Source: Candidatus Yanofskybacteria bacterium CG10_big_fil_rev_8_21_14_0_10_46_23 (GTDB lineage: Bacteria; Patescibacteriota; Minisyncoccia; 2-02-FULL-40-12; IGHO2-12-FULL-4). Taken from it: DNA of 56,410 nt. The position numbers were made by a program, and so were the translations under genes. Positions 45,035-53,211 of this stretch are shown here, in pieces. Under the pieces are notes generated by a model. The model saw only the letters and a program-made list of their open reading frames with translations, did no database searches and had not been told where the DNA came from. How positions within the stretch are numbered: the first letter of the stretch is position 1; each line of letters starts with the position of its first letter. Where the stretch lies: assembly GCA_002771135.1 (NCBI GenBank), contig PCXO01000004.1, positions 1 through 56,410 on the forward strand, read 5' to 3'.

Positions 45035-46807
45035 TTATATTTTTCGACTGAGTTCAATAAATTTTTGAGCTAGGGTCAAAACTCGGGCTTGATTTTTTGT
45101 TCGTTCAGCCTCTTTGATTTTATATTCCAGTTCGGTTAGCTCAGCTTTGATTTTTTTGCCTCGCAGAGACAAAAAAAGTTGATCTAAAACCGCTAAAAAA
45201 TCAGGTTCCTCAATATCATCCCACTGGACCTGAGCTTGAAGATACCACCGATTTATGACCTTTTTAATCGAATCAGCTAAGGGGCTAACAAAAACATCAA
45301 TTGAGTTCTCTTTCAGTTCACTTTGGCGAAGCTTTTTGAGCAAATTCTGACTTTCGTCAGATAAAACAGACGTATCAAATTTTGTGTAATTATCTTTATA
45401 CCACATTGGGCGGTATATAATCAAGGCCAAGATAGCCTTCTCTAAAGTCAAAAGGTCGGCCACCTTGACAATTTGGCTGGTTTTTTCCAAAGAATTTGAG
45501 TTTAAACCCGGACTTAGGTTACTGAAAGAAACGAGCTCCTGTCGCAAAACCGACTCAGGCGTTTGTAGCCGAACCGCCAAGTTATTGAGCCAGTGCGATT
45601 GTTCAATCGAATTTGAAATCCGGTTGATAAACGGCAATAATTTTGCTCCGATCGCCTTCTTCCCTTGAGGGGTTGCCGGATCAAAGCTTTTGAAGGCCTG
45701 ATCGGCAAAAAAGTCCATGACCGCAACAGGGTTTTCGACTCGTTCGGTAAATTTCCGAGTATGCTTTTGAATATAATCGGCGGGATCTTTACAGTCGGGG
45801 TCATCCAGAGTGACAACATTGACATTCAAACCTTGGGCCAGAGACGCCCCAACCGCTTTCTCGGTCGCCATAACCCCAGCCGGATCAGTGTCAAAACTCA
45901 AGTCTATGGTCGGGGCATAGCGTTTTACAATCCCGATTTGCTCTTCAGTTAGAGCGGTTCCGGTCGAAGCCACGGCATGATCGACTCCGATCTGATGCGC
46001 CAAAATCACATCCATGACTCCCTCCATAATCAAAGAACGACCCCTTTCTTTGATTTGTTGCCGAGCTCGATCCAAGGCGAACAGGGTTCGACTCTTATCA
46101 TAAATCAGCGTCTGGGGACTATTAATATATTTCCCGACTTGGTCATTAACTTGGCCCGTTGGTGAGAAGATTCGGCCCGAGAAACCAATCGGCTGACCAT
46201 GGATATTATTGATCGGGAACATAATCCGGCCTCGAAATCGATCATAAAAACCGGACTTATTTTCCCGAGCAATTGACATCCCCGAGCGTTGTAAATTTTG
46301 ATTAGTAAAAGTTTTTTCTAGAAAGCCGGTTAAACCCTCCCAGGCTTCGGGGGCGAAACCGACTCGAAAAGATTTCAGTAACTTCTCCGCCACTCCCCGA
46401 TTTAACAGATATTTAACCGCGGTTTGACCCGGCTTTGATTCCCAAAGTTGTTTCTCATAAAATTGAGTTGATTTCTCAATAATGTTCAAAAGTTGCTCTC
46501 GTTCCCCTTTCTCTTTTTGGTCATATTCAGTCAAGGTTACCCCGGCCCGATGAGCCAACATTCGCAGGGCCGGGCCAAATTCCACCCCCTCATATTCCAT
46601 AACAAAATCAAAGATGCTTCCTCCTAAATTACAGCCGAAGCAGTGCCAAGTTTGACGCTCGGGTGAGACAAAAAAAGATGGCGTCTTCTCATTATGAAAG
46701 GGACAGGGCGCTTTAAGATTTGAGCCAGCCTTCTGAAGTTTTATATATTCGGAGATAAGATCGACGATATCAATTCTATCCCGAACTTGTTGGATAGCAT
46801 CGTCCAT
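45035..46807 (-). CDS. dnaG: DNA primase
   Basis: CPFHNEKTPSF...CFGC Zn finger, DRFRGRIMFP, KYINSP, EGVMD, DTDPAG TOPRIM. Confidence 0.97.
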   Translation of the reverse strand: MDDAIQQVRDRIDIVDLISEYIKLQKAGSNLKAPCPFHNEKTPSFFVSPERQTWHCFGCNLGGSIFDFVMEYEGVEFGPALRMLAHRAGVTLTEYDQKEKGEREQLLNIIEKSTQFYEKQLWESKPGQTAVKYLLNRGVAEKLLKSFRVGFAPEAWEGLTGFLEKTFTNQNLQRSGMSIARENKSGFYDRFRGRIMFPINNIHGQPIGFSGRIFSPTGQVNDQVGKYINSPQTLIYDKSRTLFALDRARQQIKERGRSLIMEGVMDVILAHQIGVDHAVASTGTALTEEQIGIVKRYAPTIDLSFDTDPAGVMATEKAVGASLAQGLNVNVVTLDDPDCKDPADYIQKHTRKFTERVENPVAVMDFFADQAFKSFDPATPQGKKAIGAKLLPFINRISNSIEQSHWLNNLAVRLQTPESVLRQELVSFSNLSPGLNSNSLEKTSQIVKVADLLTLEKAILALIIYRPMWYKDNYTKFDTSVLSDESQNLLKKLRQSELKENSIDVFVSPLADSIKKVINRWYLQAQVQWDDIEEPDFLAVLDQLFLSLRGKKIKAELTELEYKIKEAERTKNQARVLTLAQKFIELSRKI

Positions 46808-46828
46808 AGAGTTGGGCCTATTCTAACC

Positions 46829-46862
46829 AAAACAAAGGGCGCTGTACAGCGCCCTTTGTTTT
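46829..46862. terminator. Perfect 34-bp palindrome/terminator between sortase and dnaG
   Basis: AAAACAAAGGGCGCTGTACAGCGCCCTTTGTTTT. Confidence 0.8.
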
Positions 46863-46880
46863 ATAAATTTCGAAGTCTTA

Positions 46881-47525
46881 TTAGATTAACTCGGCCTTGA
46901 CCGCTTGCCGTTTGAAAGAAGTCCCGATTGGCCAGCAACTGACCAAAACAACCGCCGAGTCATCGGTCTGTTCAAACTGGCTGACCCGCTCATCCGTCGA
47001 AAGTGGATTGAAGACAATTTTATCTTTGACTTGATAGGTTAAAACATCACCATCTTTGTGGATATAAAACTTATCCCCGATCTCAAGCTTTCCCAAGAGC
47101 GCGAAGACGGAACCATACTTCCCTTTATACCAAGGGAAGGCAGAGCTGTGACCCAAGATCACAGAAGTACCTTTCTCCCCGGGAACAGGCGAGGCCGCAT
47201 AGCGAACTACGCCTTCCTGAAGACGATTAATAATAACCTCTGAGTTTAAACTCTCCTCAAAAACGATTGGCGCCGTTACCCCGATAGCCGGGATCTCCAG
47301 ATAGAGACTCGACGCGGTGTTATCCGGCTCGTAGAATTTTGATTTCGCTACCGGTAAAAGCTGGTAAGAGCCGGTCTCACCTCGCGCCCCTTGACCCAAT
47401 AGTCCAACTACTGGGTTGGAGTTATTCTCCAACCAGAAACTGGTCTGCGAGGTCACAAAGCGAAAATTTAAGAGAAGAAATAAAACTAGAAAGATGCCAA
47501 CAAATGAAATTACAAACTGCTTCAT
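46881..47525 (-). CDS. Sortase
   Basis: N-terminal TM; LEIPAIGV, LQEGV, ILGHSS (His), F..L.KL..GD, LVSCWP (Cys), KR (Arg). Confidence 0.9.
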   Translation of the reverse strand: MKQFVISFVGIFLVLFLLLNFRFVTSQTSFWLENNSNPVVGLLGQGARGETGSYQLLPVAKSKFYEPDNTASSLYLEIPAIGVTAPIVFEESLNSEVIINRLQEGVVRYAASPVPGEKGTSVILGHSSAFPWYKGKYGSVFALLGKLEIGDKFYIHKDGDVLTYQVKDKIVFNPLSTDERVSQFEQTDDSAVVLVSCWPIGTSFKRQAVKAELI

Positions 47526-47528
47526 TTT

Positions 47529-50150
47529 TTAGGCAAAGTTAAACTTATCGGTGTCGTTTCGTTGCGCGTTGCCAAAGGCCAGAATCTGACGACGTTTGCT
47601 GAAGAAGGTGTTTCGATATCGAACCAAGACGAAAGCGAGAATAGCGCTGGCAATAATCGAAGCCACCAAAGTTCCGGCCCCGGTTGGGACGGTTGAAGCC
47701 GGGACTAGATTGTTACCCTTGGTAACTGAGATTGGTAACTCGGCAATACTGAGTCCAACATTATCAGCTCGAACCTCAACCCGGTTGATAACCGAGGTCG
47801 TTCCAACTGAGAAATAGCTTTCCGCGTTAAGTCTGGCGCTAAACTTTATGATCGCCTCGCCGAAAGGTGACAGTGACCCGATATTTATCCCCGACCCAAC
47901 GATGCCATCACCAATAACGTTGTTATTGAGACTCGTGGTCTGAGAAATATAGGTTAAGCCCGAGGGCAAGACATCATTAATCCGAACATTATTGACTGTA
48001 ACATTACTCGTTGAGCGAACTCGAATAATGAATTCGATGGTGTCATTGGGGCGAGCCGAAATACTGCTTAATTCAGTATTCTCGCCTCGAGTGATGTTCC
48101 GACCGAGCTTTTGAACGGTCAGTCGGGGATCATCAACAATAGGATTAATTCTTTGGACGTTAACGAAGGCGGAATCCGTTGCAGTATTGGTGTTGCTTGA
48201 TTCAGCTCGAACATCGTTTTGAAGAGTTACTGTCCCAAAATAGTTAGAACCAAAGTTAACCGTCGCCTCGAAACGAAGATTTAGTGTTTGGCCGGTCGAA
48301 TAGTTCCCAAGATTTTCACCAAACAAGGTATTATCCGAACGGAAAGAATTGTTTAATCGCGTACTGCCCGAAACATAAGTTAAACCGGAAGGCAGGGTAT
48401 CAATGACTCGAAGGTTATTGATAGTTCCTGAACCATTTAGGCCAACTCGGATGAAAAACTCCACTCGATCGCCTTCTCGAGCGATTACGGTGTTCGATTC
48501 TCCCGAGTTATTGGAGAGATTTCGGACGGTCTTATCAACACTGAGTGATTGGAACTGCTGGTCCTCTCGAACCGTGACGGAACAAAAGGCCACTTTACCG
48601 GCGCTTCGAACTTCAACGTTGAAGAATTGGGTTTGATTATTGAAGTTGTTCGGATAGCTGGTCGTGAAATTTTGACCGCTTCCAAAATTCTGGTTAGCCC
48701 CGGGAGCAGACCAAACATAGAATCCGTCGCCACCAATCGCGTGGAAAGAGGCCGACTGGTTCGGTCGAACCTCTTGGTGGCCCGGAGAACAAACCAACGG
48801 TGTTGGCAGAGGTGTCGGGGTGGGAGTTGGCGTTGGAGTTGGAGTCGGTGTCGGTGTCGGGGTGGGAGTTGGCGTTGGAGTCAAAATCTTAAAGCTCGTA
48901 CAATTGACGGTTCTGCCTGAACTTAAATCTCGAACGGTTGTACTGTAAGTACCAGCCGAATACTGATCGGGTCGGATTGAAGTTTGATCTTTAGCCACGA
49001 AGAATCGGCCATTGCCATCAGCACTGGTAACAATTATCACCGGACTACTGAATCCAGTTAAATTAGTATTGCGCATCTCAAAGGCGCCATTAGGGGTAAG
49101 CCCTCGAATATCAATTCGAACATTAGAGAAACCATTCAATACTCGAATACCGCGACCAGCTTCATCTGTTGGCCCATCCCAAGTTAACTGACAAATCAAA
49201 TTAGTCGGGGTGGGAGTTGGGGTGGGGGTCGGGGTGGGAGTTGGGGTGGGGGTCGGAGTAGGAGTTGGGGTGGGAGTAGGAGTTGGGGTGGGAGTAGGAG
49301 TTGGTGTCACCTTCGCAATAATTTTAAAGCTCGTACAATTAGCGGTTTTACCCGAAGTTATATCAATTAGCGTTGTACTATAAGTCCCAGCGGCATATTG
49401 ATCGGGTCGAATAAGGGTGACGTCTTTAGCAATAAAGAATCGGCCATTATTATCCGCATTGGTTGTCGCTATCACCGGCGCACTGCCACCGTTAAGATTT
49501 ACGTTCTTAAGTTTAAGTTGACCATTGGGGGTTAAGCCCGACAGGTCAATTCGAACATTAGAGTAACCATTGAGTTCTCGAATCCCTCGGCCCGAACTGT
49601 CAACCGGACTGTCCCAAATTAACTTACAAACCGGATAAACATCTGGCGTTGGAGAGGCTGTCGGAGTCGGAGTTGGAGTAGTTTTAGCCAAAATCTTAAA
49701 GCTCGTACAATTGACGCTTTGGCCTGTCGTAAGATCAGTTAAGACGGTACTGTAGGTACCGGCTGAATACTGGTCGGTTCGAATAAGAGTATTGTCGAAT
49801 GGAACGAAAAAACGTCCCGTCGAATCGGCTTTTTTAACAATCGCTACGGGGCTACTTGCCCCAGTCAAGTTAGTATTTTTAAGATGAAATTGACCATTGG
49901 GGGTTACGCCTGAAATATCAATACGAACATTGGAAGGTTCGCCGACTTGTCGGATTCCCCGACCTGAGCTATCCGTAGCTCCGAACCAAGTTAACTGACA
50001 GGTTAAGCCACCATACGGGTTATAGGCTAGAGCCTCAGTTTGGTTACTTAGAATCAGGGGTGAAAAAGCCCCGAAAATAGTAAAAATGGCCGTTGCTAGA
50101 ACGGTTGCCAGAGCGAAGATTCGCTTTATCTGATTAAATTTGTTACTCAT
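47529..50150 (-). CDS. Cell-surface protein: 3 x 104-aa repeats, PT linkers, two DUF11-like domains, VPTG sorting signal
   Basis: Signal peptide; repeats at aa 51-154, 175-278 and 320-423; VDKTVRN/VQKLGRN...DTLPSGLTYVSGST (DUF11-like); C-terminal VPTG + hydrophobic helix + RYR. Confidence 0.88.
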   Translation of the reverse strand: MSNKFNQIKRIFALATVLATAIFTIFGAFSPLILSNQTEALAYNPYGGLTCQLTWFGATDSSGRGIRQVGEPSNVRIDISGVTPNGQFHLKNTNLTGASSPVAIVKKADSTGRFFVPFDNTLIRTDQYSAGTYSTVLTDLTTGQSVNCTSFKILAKTTPTPTPTASPTPDVYPVCKLIWDSPVDSSGRGIRELNGYSNVRIDLSGLTPNGQLKLKNVNLNGGSAPVIATTNADNNGRFFIAKDVTLIRPDQYAAGTYSTTLIDITSGKTANCTSFKIIAKVTPTPTPTPTPTPTPTPTPTPTPTPTPTPTPTPTPTNLICQLTWDGPTDEAGRGIRVLNGFSNVRIDIRGLTPNGAFEMRNTNLTGFSSPVIIVTSADGNGRFFVAKDQTSIRPDQYSAGTYSTTVRDLSSGRTVNCTSFKILTPTPTPTPTPTPTPTPTPTPTPTPLPTPLVCSPGHQEVRPNQSASFHAIGGDGFYVWSAPGANQNFGSGQNFTTSYPNNFNNQTQFFNVEVRSAGKVAFCSVTVREDQQFQSLSVDKTVRNLSNNSGESNTVIAREGDRVEFFIRVGLNGSGTINNLRVIDTLPSGLTYVSGSTRLNNSFRSDNTLFGENLGNYSTGQTLNLRFEATVNFGSNYFGTVTLQNDVRAESSNTNTATDSAFVNVQRINPIVDDPRLTVQKLGRNITRGENTELSSISARPNDTIEFIIRVRSTSNVTVNNVRINDVLPSGLTYISQTTSLNNNVIGDGIVGSGINIGSLSPFGEAIIKFSARLNAESYFSVGTTSVINRVEVRADNVGLSIAELPISVTKGNNLVPASTVPTGAGTLVASIIASAILAFVLVRYRNTFFSKRRQILAFGNAQRNDTDKFNFA
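48882..50000 (-). repeat. Three tandem about 312-bp domain repeats (49689-50000, 49317-49628, 48882-49193)
   Basis: Shared C.L.W...D..GRGIR...SNVRID..G.TPNG...GRFF...DQY.AGTYST...NCTSFKI. Confidence 0.92.
49203..49307 (-). repeat. Near-perfect short tandem repeat encoding (PT)17
   Basis: Repeated ggggtg/ggagtt/ggagta/ggggtc 6-mers; shorter copies near 48800-48882 and 49645-49680. Confidence 0.92.
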
Positions 50151-50222
50151 AATTTGTATTAAAGGTATAGCAGATTTTCAATTGAAAACAAGCTATCTTA
50201 CTCCAACTTTATTAGTGTCATC

Positions 50223-50252
50223 ATTATACAACTATTTATAAAGGAATGTCAA
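50223..50252 (-). promoter_or_regulatory. Consensus sigma70 promoter of the surface-protein/sortase operon
   Basis: TTGACA-N18-TATAAT. Confidence 0.75.
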
Positions 50253-50263
50253 GTAAAACCACG

Positions 50264-50331
50264 AAAAAACCGCTTGGTCGGCGGTTTGAAAAGAACTGGG
50301 GGCGAGCAACGAAATCGTCAGCAACGCCCCC
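50264..50331 (-). terminator. Tandem hairpins after msrB
   Basis: GGGGGCG...CGCCCCC hairpin, then AAACCGC-7nt-GCGGTTT plus T-run. Confidence 0.65.
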
Positions 50332-50360
50332 CTCTTTAAGTCAAAGTACAAATTACTTAT

Positions 50361-50759
50361 CTATTTCAATTCCTCGGCTTTCTCAAAATCTAGGCAAATC
50401 GAGTTGATGCAGTAGCGCTTTCCGGTGGTTTCTTTGGGGCCATCGTCAAAAACATGGCCAAGATGAGACTTGCATTTTTTGCATCGAACCTCGGTTCGAG
50501 CCATGCCGTGACTAACGTCTTTGTGGGTTTCGATTTTATCCGAGCTAACGACATCATCAAAACTGGGCCAGCCGGTGTAAGAATCAAATTTAGTGTCGGA
50601 AGAGAAAAGTTCCTCCCCGCAAACAGCGCACTTATACATCCCCTTTTCCTTGTTTTTATAGTACTTGCCCGCGTAGGGCGCCTCTGTTCCGCCCTGACGC
50701 GCCACTTTATATAAATCCGGAGATAATTCTTCTTTTAGTTGTTCCTCGGTTTTGTTCAT
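50361..50759 (-). CDS. msrB: Peptide-methionine (R)-S-oxide reductase
   Basis: GTEAPY, CAVC, KFDSYTGWPSF, RTEVRC..C.SHLGHVFDDGP, RYCINS. Confidence 0.97.
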   Translation of the reverse strand: MNKTEEQLKEELSPDLYKVARQGGTEAPYAGKYYKNKEKGMYKCAVCGEELFSSDTKFDSYTGWPSFDDVVSSDKIETHKDVSHGMARTEVRCKKCKSHLGHVFDDGPKETTGKRYCINSICLDFEKAEELK

Positions 50760-50813
50760 AAATTTTTATAGTCTTTATTGATAAACAATATTATTTGAAT
50801 GTAAAGTCCAAAC

Positions 50814-51482
50814 TTAATTTAGCTCTTCATCTGGGCTGGCAACAGCCGTGATCTCAATTTCCAAAATTACTTCCGTCAACTGATCGTGGACCCGGACTGT
50901 CGCCTGAGGATTGGTGGCTGTTCCCATATCGATACTCTCCGGTTGGCCGGGCACGGGTTGGCCACCGGCCGCTCCGCTCCCCAAAGCGCTATTTTCCTCG
51001 GTACCGTTGTCATAATTTCTAGCTTGAAAGATCCCCTCCTCCAAATCAATAGAATTAATTAAAGCATAGCCGTCATTGGAAGCTACGGCCATCATTGTTC
51101 CGGAGAGATACCGACCGGTATTCTCGACAATAAAAGTTCGTTCTTGCCCGGGCAGAATAGGCGAATCAATCAAGTAAACGCTTCGGACTCCCGACTGGGT
51201 TGCGAGCCAACCGGCCAAATCACCGGCAACGCCAATCTCGGCCAAAGGTTCAAACTCGACTGGCGATAACCGCCCTTCAAAATCTAAAACCCCCGAATCA
51301 TCATGAACAACAAAAACGCCCGGCGAAAGAGGTTGCGAACCGCTTAAATTTCGAACGACCACGGAATAACTTGCCGGCTCGTTCTCGGGATCATCAATAA
51401 TAACAACGGGGTCATTTCGAAGAGCGAAAAAGGCGATAATCGCCAAAATAATTACAATTCCAATGCCTAAAACTTTTTTCAT
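50814..51482 (-). CDS. Spondin_N-domain membrane-anchored protein
   Basis: TM; NLSGSQPLSPGV, MAVASNDG, YDNGTEEN. Confidence 0.8.
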   Translation of the reverse strand: MKKVLGIGIVIILAIIAFFALRNDPVVIIDDPENEPASYSVVVRNLSGSQPLSPGVFVVHDDSGVLDFEGRLSPVEFEPLAEIGVAGDLAGWLATQSGVRSVYLIDSPILPGQERTFIVENTGRYLSGTMMAVASNDGYALINSIDLEEGIFQARNYDNGTEENSALGSGAAGGQPVPGQPESIDMGTATNPQATVRVHDQLTEVILEIEITAVASPDEELN

Positions 51483-51561
51483 ATTTTTTGTTAAACAAAG
51501 ACTTTGACACCTTTATTACGGTCAACCTAACATGCGTTCCCAAGATGCTCAAGGAATAAGG

Positions 51562-52023
51562 TCAGCCCTCAAATTCAATCGTGATTTCAACCGCGTCGTC
51601 GAATTCGGGCAGGCCCGAAGGATTGTCTTTTTGAAGAATCAGCGTGCCGCGCTTGAAGAAATCAGGATCGCCTTCTTTGTAAGGACTTTGGAAATTAATT
51701 GTGCCCTCAAAGGGGACAAAATCAGTCGTCATCCAATTGGCGCTAGTCATGGCAATCCCTTGGCCGATGATCAAGCCATCCCAGTTGGTTAAAATCAGAG
51801 GAAAGCTAGCTTCAAAAAACCAGTTCCCCCGAGCTTGACCCGTAACTCTTAGGGGCGAGCTAACCGTTTGGCCCTCTCGCGGTGACTCTAAAATAACAAA
51901 TTCAGTCTCTAGGGGCGGATTCAAGTCTTCGCCCATATCTCCCGGGACCCGGTTATCCCAAAATAAGAAGTAGCCCCCCACCAGTAGAAGGGCGATAATA
52001 ATCAAAATAAGAATCGGTTTCAT
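51562..52023 (-). CDS. Gmad2 immunoglobulin-like domain protein
   Basis: TM; VSSPLRVTGQARGNWFFEASFP, WMTTDFVPF, KDNPSG; ATG 52023. Confidence 0.85.
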   Translation of the reverse strand: MKPILILIIIALLLVGGYFLFWDNRVPGDMGEDLNPPLETEFVILESPREGQTVSSPLRVTGQARGNWFFEASFPLILTNWDGLIIGQGIAMTSANWMTTDFVPFEGTINFQSPYKEGDPDFFKRGTLILQKDNPSGLPEFDDAVEITIEFEG

Positions 52024-52056
52024 TATCCCCATCAAAACATTATTTTTAAGATCTTG

Positions 52057-52109
52057 CAAAAAAATAAAATCTCCGTCCGGAGCGACCCTAGGGGTCGAAC
52101 GGACGGAGA
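52057..52109 (-). terminator. Composite hairpin terminator
   Basis: TCTCCGTCCG/CGGACGGAGA outer stem, CGACCC/GGGTCG inner stem, T-rich tail. Confidence 0.7.
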
Positions 52110-52117
52110 AAAATCCG

Positions 52118-52372
52118 CTAATCTTCCAGATCCCCCTCGAGGAACTCCCGAAGAATCTTTTCCCTTTTCCTTATGACCTCTTTTCGGTCGCGGGCTCGGT
52201 AGGGAATGTTTTTATCCAGCTCATTAACCAGTTGATCCCAGTATCTACCTGTCCGCAAGGACAGGCCCAAGATCATTAGGGCTTCAAAGGGGAGCCGGAT
52301 AGAAACCGACATTTCGGCTAAATCAGCCCAACTTTTAACCCCTCGAGAAGATCGCCCCGTCTTTTCTTGCAT
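52118..52372 (-). CDS. Hypothetical protein (84 aa)
   Basis: ATG after AAGGAGG; own terminator. Confidence 0.7.
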   Translation of the reverse strand: MQEKTGRSSRGVKSWADLAEMSVSIRLPFEALMILGLSLRTGRYWDQLVNELDKNIPYRARDRKEVIRKREKILREFLEGDLED

Positions 52373-52417
52373 ACTTGCCCTCCTTGAGAATTCAGACCCC
52401 GATATAATTTGTCAAAG

Positions 52418-52909
52418 TTATCTTATAATAATCGTTCCAACCTGACGGGCCTCAAGATGATCATGATAAGCCCACGTACCGATCTCATTAAAAACGAAGG
52501 AAAATTCGCCACCGACAGCAATGCCTTGACAAGCGTCAAAGGCATTAATCGCCCTAGCCGTGCCACAAAAACTTAAGCTTGAATTTGGATAAGCCGAGTG
52601 GATCGGGTGGACAGCCGAAGCCGGCCAAAAATTTTGAGAACTGTTATTTTTGAAAATGACAGTTGTCCCCCGCTCAACTTCCAGCGTTCTGGGCGAAAAA
52701 CCGGAATCAGAGTAAACAATGGTCGAAACCTCGCCCTTACCATCTTCTTCCGGGGTAATTGTCGGCGAAAGTGACGGACTGGGACTTTCCTCTATCATCT
52801 CTTCTTCTTGGTTATCATTAATATCTTCCGGATTAGACCCCGATCGAAACAGAAAAAGACCAATAACGATTAAGACCACAATAGTAATTATTATAATTGC
52901 TGTTTTCAT
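52418..52909 (-). CDS. Cupredoxin-fold membrane-anchored protein
   Basis: TM; YSDSGFSPRTLEVERGTTVIFKN, F.FVFNEIGTWAYHDHL; canonical type-1 Cys-His-Met site not evident. Confidence 0.75.
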   Translation of the reverse strand: MKTAIIIITIVVLIVIGLFLFRSGSNPEDINDNQEEEMIEESPSPSLSPTITPEEDGKGEVSTIVYSDSGFSPRTLEVERGTTVIFKNNSSQNFWPASAVHPIHSAYPNSSLSFCGTARAINAFDACQGIAVGGEFSFVFNEIGTWAYHDHLEARQVGTIIIR

Positions 52910-52945
52910 GTTGGTTTTATCCTAGCAAATCGAATTAGATTTTCA

Positions 52946-52978
52946 AAACAAAACCCCCCGCTTTGGCCGGAGGGGGGG
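52946..52978 (-). terminator. Intrinsic terminator
   Basis: C-run/G-run stem plus TTTTGTTTT. Confidence 0.6.
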
Positions 52979-52992
52979 AAGAACTAGAAACG

Positions 52993-53211
52993 TTAGTCTG
53001 GATTGGTCCTTCGAAGATCCCGAAGAAATTGCTGGAACTTCCGATCTGACCAAAGCGCTTCGGATACGACTGGGTCAGATAGGAAAATTTCTTCAATTCC
53101 TTTTTGTTGGCAGTAGCAGATCCAACCCCGACAACCATCAGGAATCATCGGAGCTTGACAATAGGGGCAACTTGGCCCCTCGATAAAATCCCTAAGAATT
53201 CGTTCGGACAC
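52993..53211 (-). CDS. Hypothetical Zn-ribbon protein (72 aa)
   Basis: GTG after AGGAGG; CPYC...C...CYC; own terminator. Confidence 0.6.
   Translation of the reverse strand: MSERILRDFIEGPSCPYCQAPMIPDGCRGWICYCQQKGIEEIFLSDPVVSEALWSDRKFQQFLRDLRRTNPD

Noticed and set aside
49203-49307. Regular short repeats as a CRISPR array
   Set aside because: These are 6-nt units with no unique spacers, in frame within a CDS encoding (PT)n; no cas genes are present
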